Below, piece after piece: positions 40,001 to 64,000 of a DNA stretch of 64,000 nucleotides. The stretch's first letter is position 1; every line of letters starts with the position of its first letter. Origin of the DNA: Tubiluchus corallicola (taxonomy: Eukaryota > Animalia > Priapulida); NCBI GenBank assembly GCA_030141605.1, contig JAQGDQ010000986.1, positions 1 through 64,000 of the forward strand, given 5' to 3'. The notes beneath the pieces are model-generated. The model did no database searches. It was not told the origin of the DNA and was given only the letters and a program-made list of their open reading frames with translations. The position numbers and the translations under genes are program-made.

Positions 40001-42260
40001 TCCACTTGACCTTTGACCTACAGGAACAACGAATCTGTTAAAAGGCTTACTAAGTGCTTTTCGTTTCTTCAAATCTTAAACTAAGGGAACTAAGGGGCCA
40101 TTCACATATATCGATACCAAGCTTAGAGTAGGCAGGTGGCAGGAGATGTGATAACACCATTATAATGCAAGGAAGTTAGTGTCTCGCTTGGCGCGAGAGT
40201 CGTAGCGAGTTCGCTGTAGTGTGCGCATGTTGGAAAGTAGAGAAGAAGAAAGTAGAGCAGAAGAATGATGACGTAAAAACACGGCTGAGTTTATTATTTT
40301 TGAATTTAACGGCTAATAACGCAGCTAAACCATAAAGATTGAGTTACTTTTTAATTTCTAATTAAATGGCCGCTATGGCGTCACAGGTAGGTTATTTAGT
40401 TCATGATATCATTTTTTCACACGTGTGTACCAGCAGCAGATGAGCAGGGATGAGAATTTTTCGCGGATACGCGGAATTCCGAGTTTTTGGAAGACCAGTA
40501 ATGCCATTTTTGTAAATCGTGTAAATTCTTTGAGAAATTTTTTACGGACCCAGTACATTATTTCACAAGCTGACCGCTAGATGGCAGGCCGTCACTTTGT
40601 TTACATCACGTACATCAGTGTAACCACGTATGTATCTCTATGTATAAAAATATAGAATCAATTGTGCGGAGTTATTTGAGTCAGTTGCAGACAGTTTTTA
40701 TATACTTTTGCATAGGAGCCGCCAGTACTTAGGCGTTTTTGAGACAATTAGGTATCATGTATCCTTGAAAGTTGGGTATTTTAAATTATGCATGAAACAA
40801 GGTAATTGATATTTTAATTCCACTTATGGTCTCTATGGTCACAAAATTGCAATTTGTTGCTTCGCCCCCTTGAACCCCCATGTGGGCCTACCCGGGCCCC
40901 CGAACCCCCGGCCTGTTTCAGAGTTTTTTGCAATTTGTCATTCTCATCCCTGGATGAGGAAGAGGAATCTGCAGAATGTAGGATGAGAATACATTCAGTG
41001 AAGAGGCGCGGCCAGCAGAATTATGGGATTATTTGCCATTAAATAACACAAGTGATGTTTTGTTACTTGTTCTCGGGAGGAGGAAGATTAAAATGTACAA
41101 AAAGCTACATCAACTGATATCAATATCAATGTAAGGGATAGGTAGGTGGTGGTGATACGATAGCGCTATTATAATGCAAGGTAGGTACGTCCTTGAAATC
41201 GGCCAAAAACTTGATATCGTTATATGCGGATGGCCTCAGTGAGTGCAATTCAAGAACAAAAAACCCCCAGTTAACCTTAGTACTAAAATTTCTAGTTGGT
41301 GCTGCAGAATGGCACTAAAATTTTAGAGCTGATGTTGAATGTCACTGAAATTTTAGAGCTGCTTTAGGGAGTAATGTTTGATCCTGTTTGACAGTTTAGG
41401 GAGTAATGTTTGATCCTGTTTGACAGTTTAGGGAGTAATGTTTGATCCTGCTTGACAGTTTAGGGAGTAATGTTTGATCCTGCTTGACAGTTTAGGGAGT
41501 AATGTTTGATCCTGCTTGACAGTTTAGGGAGTAATGTTTGATCCTGCTTGACAGTTTAGGGAGTAATGTTTGATCCTGCTTGACAGTTTAGGGAGTAATG
41601 TTTGATCCTGCTTGACAGTTTAGGGAGTAATGTTTGATCCTGCTTGACAGTTTAGGGAGTAATGTTTGATCCTGTTTGACAGTTTAGGGAGTAATGTTTG
41701 ATCCTGTTTGACAGTTTAGGGAGTAATGTTTGATCCTGTTTGACAGTCATTAAAACAGATAAACAAATTGCTTTTAAACTGCATCATTTTTGAATTTTCA
41801 TGTGCACATATGATATTTTACTGCTAGTTTAGTGTGCATTTACTATTAATGGTATTATATTGTGCATATGTTGTGGAATTTAGAAGTATGGATGATTTTA
41901 AAACTAAGCACTCATTTACATATGTACTTAATCTTTTTTACAGACGGTTAGCTGGCTGTGATAGTTTAATAGATTACTACAGAGACCACAGCTGTTCACG
42001 AGTTATACACAATGTAAGCATTTAAATGATTTTACATAACTTTCTATGGAATTTGTGCAAACTATTAATTTTCAAAGATGACGATGATGCTACTGCTGCT
42101 GCTGATCATGATGATGATTGTGGTAGTGATGACAATGGTTGTGGCAATGGTGATGACGATGACGATAACGACGACGATGATTGTGGTAGTGATGGTAATG
42201 GTTGTGACAATGATGATGATGATGATGATTGCATTAGTGGTGATGGTAATGGTTGTGACA

Positions 42261-42303
<43 letters not shown>

Positions 42304-44302
42304 CTACAACAATAGTGACAGTGATGATAACAATGATGTTGCTGCTGATTGCCGATGCCATTACGACTTAAAGGTGTTGTCAGAAGAGGTTGTCTATTGT
42401 TGGTAATAGTTGTTGGTCATAAAATTTCATTATTTATTCTTGTATTTAGATATCAGTGCCATTAATGTTAGTTAATGCTGAAGACGACCCCATTGTGCCG
42501 GCAGAGTTACATTCCTGCGCCTATGAATATGTTGGTGAGTATGTTTTATTTGTTGACAGCTTGTGTTTTTGTTCCGCAACTTATAACTACTGCAACAATC
42601 TGTTATGTTAGCTTAATGTGCTAGTTTTCATCACCTACCTAGGAGAACTTGAAGGCGGCGTGGTGAACCGATGGCCTCGGTCAGAGACTTAAGGACACTG
42701 GACATCAGTCAGTTTTTTTATTTCCATTCAAATCTTCATAGACCTTTGAGTTTCATTCATTTCTTTGCCGCAAGTATTTAGTCATTGTGGGCTACCCGTG
42801 TATCTGGGGTTATAAAAAACAGGGATTTTTAAGTGGCTAGAAGTTGCAGTGAAAACAGGGAGACTTGCAGAACCTTAACAGAAACAAAACTTTCTGAAAC
42901 AAAGTGTAAGATGAGACAAAATAGTTTTTTGGAACAGGCGAAGATAAACAAGATCAAGGGATTCATCATAATCTTCAGAGCATGTATAAGATTTGTTTAA
43001 CAAATTTGTAGTGAGAATCACGTGTACTTATGCAAAATAATACGCAGGTGTATCATAAGCTATCTGTGCTAAGCCTAGACTAATCAAATATATTTAGTAT
43101 CAGTATAGTGCCCCACACACATCACTGTGATTATCATATAGGTAAAATATTTGTTTATCACATGTGTACAAATGCTTAGTAAATAGTTTTTTTCGCTTCA
43201 TAGAATTTACAACTAAATTTGTATATCTGTGTATACCTTGTGCAGCTATGTTGAGTCAAATTGTTAGTTACCCGAGTTCTGCCCGCTGATAAAACCATCG
43301 GGTATGCGTCGAGTTTGTAATTTTCGTGTTGGAAATTTGATTTTCAGAAATAAAATATCTATCTAGGTTGTGAATTTAAGGTAATTACCCAGTCATTTTT
43401 TATAATTATGAAAACTAACAACGTAAGCAGAAATGAACTATTGAAATCGAATACACCAGTTTTTAGGCAACCAGTTACGTGAATTAATTCATAAAATGCA
43501 TTAGATCTCACCAGACTACGGCTACATAAGGTGAATGACATTGTGATAAGATTGTCCGAAAAGCATTATGGGATGTCTGTGCCTGCTGTATGTGCTGTGG
43601 TGTATGTTCCAATCTGACTGACGAGCTTCTACATGTTTTGTGTTGTGTATTTTTTGTATGTTATTTATTATACTATTACACGAGTCCAGAATGCCCAGAA
43701 TTTGTGTAACAGGAAGCTCTTGTATTTAAAATCGACCACACTTTTACTTAATTTGTTAATTGTTTTACAAAAGCTGCTGAAATATCACTTTTACACATGT
43801 TCCAAAGTTGTTGGTGAAGCTGGGCTTTTACTTTAATATAAATAGTTCATAATAAAAACCTATGCCAAATAACTGACTGCTTCTAAATGTACATGCACCA
43901 CATGTGCATTTTGTGAAGTACATTGTTTTAAATTTGATGTATTTCATGTTGTTTTGCTGTATGTGTTATAAATTTTACAGAATTTTCTGTTTATTACTTG
44001 TCTATGTATAATAGGTTTTAAAATGCTTATGTAACTGCAAATTCGAATTGAATTTTCAGCTGTGCAAAGTGAATCATGTATCGCACACGTATAAAATACA
44101 TTATGAAATATTTATGTAAACTATTCCACTTTCAGAGAACCATGACCATTCTATATTTGTATTGACTCGACATGGCGGACATTTGGGTTTCTACGAAGGT
44201 AGCCTTTTATATCCACTGCCAATTACCTGGATAGATAAAGTTATTCTACAGTACTGTGATGCTAACATACAGCTGAAGAAAGCTGAGAAAACAAGGCACT
44301 AG
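30400..44302 (+). CDS. ABHD2: Monoacylglycerol lipase ABHD2 ortholog (401 aa)
   Basis: Exons 30400-30557, 33065-33240, 34976-35143, 35945-36128, 37928-38125, 41944-42013, 42450-42534, 44136-44302; N-terminal TM anchor, WGRSGHLQT, YIRTFV..GYRVAVLNHLG, nucleophile GFSMG, EDDPIV, GGHLGFYEG. Confidence 0.92.
32461..32820. repeat. Dispersed repeat, second copy at ~36369-36710
   Basis: Shared colinear CTAGTGAYAACA..CATAATTTTCAA..CACGTGTTTGC..AAAATTGAAGTAT..GAGAGGTAC..TGCCCGT. Confidence 0.7.
33462..33996. mobile_element. hAT-like MITE, copy 1
   Basis: 13-bp TIR CAGGGATGAGAAT...ATTCTCATCCCTG; near-identical to 40445-40952. Confidence 0.85.
38431..38624. mobile_element. Terminal fragment of the TTAA-flanked MITE family
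   Basis: AAAATGGCTGCATCTAACGGTCATCG...TTTTCTTGTGCTTTAA as at ~47400-47571. Confidence 0.7.
38851..39355. mobile_element. hAT (Charlie-like) MITE with 8-bp TSD
   Basis: CAGTGGTTCCCA ... TGGTAACCCATG termini, internal CGCGACCCC/GGGGTCGTG; TSD CTCTGTGT/CTCTATGT. Confidence 0.75.
40094..41237. mobile_element. Harbinger-like MITE hosting a nested hAT-like MITE
   Basis: Imperfect ~22-bp TIR GGGGCCATTCACATATATCGAT / ATCGTTATATGCGGATGGCCTC. Confidence 0.5.
40445..40952. mobile_element. hAT-like MITE, copy 2
   Basis: Same TIRs and body as 33462-33996; flanked on both sides by GATGAG. Confidence 0.85.
41363..41746. repeat. 32-bp minisatellite TTTAGGGAGTAATGTTTGATCCTGYTTGACAG x12
   Basis: 384 bp = 12 units, read directly. 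Confidence 0.95.
42077..42350. repeat. Degenerate (GAT)n tract in ABHD2 intron 6
   Basis: Read directly. Confidence 0.9.
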
Positions 44303-46248
44303 ATGGAGTTAGTAATACATTCTTGTTTTACCCCAGGAATAAATTTGTATTTTTCCATTAGAATCAAATTATCAAATGTTTTACTAGCCAAATGCAAATT
44401 TTCTTCTGCCATAAATGTTTTGAAGATATTTATTCTATAAGATTATTTGTTGTCAACCAACAATCTGTGTGTCTTTGTAATGCGCCATCTTGCATTTAAT
44501 GCGACATTTATATGTAAAAAAATCTTACGATGATGTCAATGAATAGGCCACTGCCAATTTTGTATATAAAATTCGTAACTGTAGTTGAGTAGCAGTCACA
44601 CAGAATTGTGATCTAGTTCATATTATAAAGATATATTATTGTTTTGTTATTGTATTATAAATGGCAGTTTATTTAAATTTGTTAAAATGAGTTATAAATG
44701 CCACGCTTCAGATGTTGTAGTATAATTTATAAATAGACTATTTGTTTTTGAAGGCAGATATGTTCTGGGTTAGTGGTGTTTGTATTGTAAACTGTGATCT
44801 AGTCATCTAGTCTTGCAATTTGTAGTTAGAAATTATTTTGACTGAGTTGTCTACTTTTTGTGCTTGCTAGAATATGTGAAAATAAACAAACTACTTTTGT
44901 TGAATATTTCTTTCTTTTGTTTCTTGGTGGCACGCCTTATACACAGGTATAGCAAGTCAACTGTACGCTAGGGCGTATTTAAAAAACTTTCACTAATCTT
45001 TTTGGAACACCCACTTATGGAGGCTTGTGAAAATGTTTGCTTGCAAATTTTTAGCTTCATTGAATATTGGGAACATGTGTCTCAGCACGTTAGCTTATTC
45101 ACATATTTGGCATATTATAGAGTCTTATTGTTTATCACAGAAAATGAACAGTTTTTGGACAAAGCTTTAGAACTTTACCCATCTGAAGGGTTCACAAGAA
45201 AATGTTCTTATACAAAATTTTAGCTTTTTTCAATGTTGGAAACATGTCTCCACATAGCAGCACACTGGTACATTTTGTATTTTTATATACAGTGGGGTCA
45301 ATATAATGAACAAAATAGCCCTACTTCTATATGATGCAGATAAATGCAAGTTAGATAGGATGATAAGTTGTACAAGAAAATTTATGTGTTCCAGTCACCA
45401 AATGTAGGAATTTATCTGTCATTCATCTATGACAAAAAGACACAGAGATGCAACAACCCAACTACTGCAAAAAGTTGCTACACAGACAAAACACTTTTAC
45501 TACTGCACAAATCAACTTTGAGATGAAGTTCAACGCAGAGGCAAATTAACAGTACTATTACGCTGAGGAAGTCATTCATAGGGGAAAGAACAGCACACGT
45601 TGTCTGAAAGGCCACCATACACTTTTGTAAATTAATTTTGTTAGTAAACAAAAAAATATATGTTTGAAAATTAGCACAGATAAACTAAAACCTTTGGCAA
45701 TCTCGTTTTGCCAGATTAGATGAAAATCTGCAAAGAACTACTGCACTAGTAGGCATTACTGTTTTCGCTACCTTCTTTCAAGGACCTCAAGAGCCTCGGA
45801 GACCAGTCTAATGACAAGTCGGGAATCTTCCATTTAGTAAATCTCTTACAGCCCATGAGTGGTGAGGAAAGGCTTCGTCTCGTTCAAAAACTACATTGTT
45901 AATAGTGTGGTGGGTCCATTGCTCTGAATTTCTGCTGAATTTGGTGAAATTTTTGATCGAAGGACCTTATACCAGGTTGATACTACGCCTCATTTCTAAC
46001 ATTACTGTGGTTGTCATGGCAACGAGTTTTCAGTTAGTCAAAAAATAAATTGAAAAAATATTGCTAAAGGCCTCCTTTGATTCTGTGTAAGGACCTGCTG
46101 AAATCGGAGAAGCATTTAAAAAGGAAATTGGCAATCAAAGTGTATAAGAACACAATTACACGACATAAACGTGCGTAACACATCACAACAGAACAACATT
46201 ATGAGTAAAAATAATTCGTTGTATTGGTTGTGTATAGCCGATTATTGG

Positions 46249-46483
46249 TGTTTTAGGGATGGCAAAACTATGAAGAGTCTGATTATAAAACTACACGTTT
46301 ATTAAACACCAAACACAATAGATATAACAGATAGTAATGCCAAGCCCCTGATCTAGCTTGCTCTGCTCCGGCTCCCGGACTCGGTCTAATCTCCTGAGCT
46401 GGGGGCATCACAAGGCTTATATATCGTGCGCGGAGCTTTGACACCTCGATTCTGAATCACTTACTCACGTGACACCACTCCTT
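46249..46483 (-). mobile_element. Possible 3' LTR with polypurine tract
   Basis: On - strand: AAGGAGTGG then TGTCACG...TATATAA...AATAAA...CA (~226 bp); no partner LTR or TSD seen. Confidence 0.35.
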
Positions 46484-46920
46484 AACTGGCTTCATGCCAG
46501 CATTCATCAACATAATTATCTATCATAATCTAACGCTTTTGACATAATTTAACAGGCCCTCTTTACTTTATGTAACAGAACATTTCATTGCATATAAATA
46601 TTGCAACAAAGTTCATTCTGCGGGCATGGATCTGCATTCGACAAAGAATTCAGAAGAAAGCCAACTAGAGATTGATCTTAGTACTGAAATACTGTGCTAG
46701 ATGCTGAGAAAAGTGTTCAATACCGTCCATATTGTCATATTTATTTTATAATGAAATTTCGAAGGGCATTGAAAGCAAACAAATTGATCTCACGGTAGGC
46801 CACTGTTTGATTTGTATAGGAGAGATGTAGGTCCTACATTGTAGGGCTTCAATTGAATATAATATTCGAATCGGATGGTTTTATACCACTCACGCTACCA
46901 TAAAAAAGTCTGTAATTAAC

Positions 46921-47571
46921 TTAAAGGACAAGAAAGGGGGCAGTTGAAGTAGATTTTAGAAAAATCGCTTTAAAAATTTTTACTACTTTACAGCAATTCT
47001 ATACATATATGGTATTCGCGTTGAAAGGAATTTTCGTTTGTCTTCATCTTAAATCTCCCGCAATACTGTACCATTACATGACGTCACTATGCCACGTATA
47101 TCAGGGGAAGAAAAGTAAATCTTAAATTATGGCCTAAAAAACTTTCCGTGCAAATCTATATTACTTAGCATTTCACTTACCTGCTGGAAAGACTTATGTA
47201 ACTAGACTAATAATTAAAATGTTTGGTAAAATGTCGCTTCACCCTCCAGGGTGCGCCATTCACTAGCCAAAAACGTATTTTTAATCTTATTGACAAGATA
47301 CAGTAATTTTACTTAATTAGTAACATGTATGCCACGAATGCTCTGATTATTTTTTCAAACTTTACTCAATGTTATCAAAACTTGTTTCAAACGACCTACC
47401 ATTAAAATGGCTGCGTCTAACGGTCATCGTGGGGGTTTAAATTTACACGTTTTATACAGCATTGCGGCCGATGCAAGCCATGCATACGAAAAGGTAATAC
47501 GCAAGTAGTATAAAATTTCGAGACTAATTTTTTTAAGCCTTATGTAAGTGGAGGGTTTTCTTGTGCTTTAA
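46921..47571. mobile_element. Full-length TTAA-flanked MITE (Kolobok/T2-like)
   Basis: TTAAAGGACAAGAAA...TTTCTTGTGCTTTAA; homologous to four other loci in the window. Confidence 0.8.
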
Positions 47572-48862
47572 GCTAGTGGTCGAGATTTCTGATTGCAACC
47601 GAGCAGTCTTGAGTTTTATACTTGCAGCTGCCAACGCCAGGTCATACACTCTATACGTTACTAGTTGTTTGTGCGTTGCGTCGTTGTCTTCATTGTTGTG
47701 TGTAAGTCACTAAATAACCGTTAGTGCTAATGTTGTCTGGTAAATGATCAATGGTCAATAAATGTTGTCTTTGTCTTTAATTGAGGACTTTGTAAACTCT
47801 TTCAGATTGCAACAATTTTACAACGAGATTCGTAAATCAATCAATGTGAAACGATCGATTTTCTAACCGGGCCGCTAAACCTTTTATTTCCTGCGTCTAT
47901 TGTTCACCTTTCACGAGAACAGCCTCACGTTCATTATTGTACATATCAGTGTATTTGTCTACGCTAGCTATACGCCCATGGCTGAGTATACATTATACAT
48001 AATAGTGCCTATTTGCATATTTACCACTATTGTAATACAAGTAGTGATGATTACTGCTAATTGCAAATGACATGTAAAATAGACTCTAAATTACGCGAGT
48101 TGGTTTTCAACTGTAACGTACAACTTGTGTCCTGAAGTGCAAGCCTTGACAGATACATCACAGAAAAAGTTGAGAAGCCTAAAGCAAGGATAGATTAATA
48201 GAGATAGATTTCACTGTCTCTGCTACACACATGATAGTTTCGTATTTAGCTCATTTTTGCAGCGTGTTTTAACCTGACCTTTCCTTTCTCTAATTTGTGG
48301 TTGTCCAGAGACAGAGAGGACATTTTTTTATAAAGCCAAGATCTGTTCAAATGATTTGCTCAAATCAAGGAAACCGCATTTACAAATTCCAAAGCACCAG
48401 GTCTGTACTTGTGTGCGCAGTACTAACTGGAAAAATTGATTTCATGAATGAAGTTGTTTAACAGCAATTGTCTGTCCAATAATGCTAGTTATTTTCTCCG
48501 GTTCTTCCGCGCATGCTCACTAAACGATTAACGATGAGATGTGCGAAGCCAAAGTTCGCTATACAACAGTGAAGTAACGGCCAGTGTTTTGGTTAATTTG
48601 TACTACGATATCGTTGGTTATATTGTTAAAGAACTGGAGTATGCTACCTGTTGATACATTGATGCTTTGAACACCAAAATGGACGCAGACAGGATTTATT
48701 TAGCCTGACTCATTTGTGTGTGATAGACTAAACATATCAGAATGACCACTTGGCCTATGCTCTTGTGTGTGTGTGTGTGTGTGTGCCAGCCAGTTTTAAA
48801 TCTTTGTGTATTTACGCCCATCTGCAACTTTAAAATTAGTTAATAATGATTATTTTATTATA

Positions 48863-63107
<14,245 letters not shown>

Positions 63108-64000
63108 AGAACACACGAACAACACAGGGGAGCATTTTATCCAAAAACTAACTCAGGGAATAATCAAGATCTAGGTAACCTGTGGACAGTAACACTATCT
63201 GATTTCCAGATGACGTATAAAGAAATGATGTCCTGTAATGACCTATTTTCCTTGTTCCATAAAGATAAAACTACAGATGGAAATGTGATTGCTAATTGTG
63301 GGTACATCATCGCGAGTTAAGTTCTGCAATTTTCTGCAAGGTTTTGTCATGCAGTTTTTGAGACTGGACAGCTTTAAACCTGATTTGGAGGCAGCTTATT
63401 TCCAGCGTAATAATGGTCTAAGAGGGAGCACAAAATGGGCTTCGAAATACCTCTTTACTGGTTGAAATGTTACATTTAATTTAATAAAGAAAATCTGTGT
63501 TACAATGAATACATTAATCATATTTATATCTATGTGCGGATATCTTCTGTTTAGGAAACAATCATTTATTAATGTTCACTTAACAATTACAAACAAATTA
63601 AAAACAATATCAACACCTTTTGGGACTTTCTTATACTACCAGAAACACATATTTTGTCAGCATTAGTTGAAGTCAGAGAAGCATTTCCATATGGTTGACA
63701 CATCAATAAAAGCTTTTTCTTTATCAGTTTTATGCTTTTCACAATTTGTTAAGAAATGTTGCACGTCTCGAATAGTGGCGTCTGCTGCATAGACTGTAGC
63801 ATTTCTTATGGTAACCACAAACTTTGCAAAATTCTTTCAGAATTGCAATACTGAACCAGAAACATCTTTGATAAATCACAGGCAAACAAACTCTAAATGT
63901 AGCTATTGGTATTTTTCTTGATGAAAATATGAAGTTCATCAGGCAGAACAGATTAGCAAATAAATTGTTAAAGGAAATCATTCAACACAGCCCGTTCTGT

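Noticed and set aside
41363-41746. Telomeric TTTAGGG repeats
   Set aside because: Single heptamer within a 32-bp unit, not a tandem telomeric array.
42026-42406. Asp-rich ORF
   Set aside because: Lies wholly in ABHD2 intron 6 and derives from a (GAT)n tract.
44303-44440. 46 open codons after the ABHD2 stop
   Set aside because: AT-rich UTR-like sequence, UAG-A context, no motif; treated as chance background.

Overview
AT-rich eukaryotic (invertebrate animal, probably protostome) genomic DNA with spliced genes, many micro/minisatellites and non-autonomous DNA transposons; no prokaryotic features or CRISPR. Six protein-coding genes were reconstructed by hand with consistent GT-AG phases: (1) a single-coding-exon chaoptin-like LRR type-I membrane protein without a TIR domain (7490-10945,+); (2,3) two tandem 3-exon SV2-like MFS transporter paralogs (-); (4) an 8-exon ABHD2 lipase (+), head-to-head with the SV2 pair; (5) a 9-exon divergent ionotropic glutamate receptor/IR (+) with a short Cys-rich N-terminus instead of a normal ATD; (6) a C2H2 zinc-finger gene nested antisense in an intron of that receptor. 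Most notable observations: a candidate stop-codon readthrough (UGA-CAAUU) in the LRR gene that would swap one PDZ ligand (-THL) for another (-TLV); a RECK-CC-like cysteine module and an Arg-substituted M3 gate in the receptor; a 45-bp duplication of an ABHD2 splice donor; and paired CTCF-like motifs in a duplicated intergenic block. All family assignments come from recalled motifs, not database searches.
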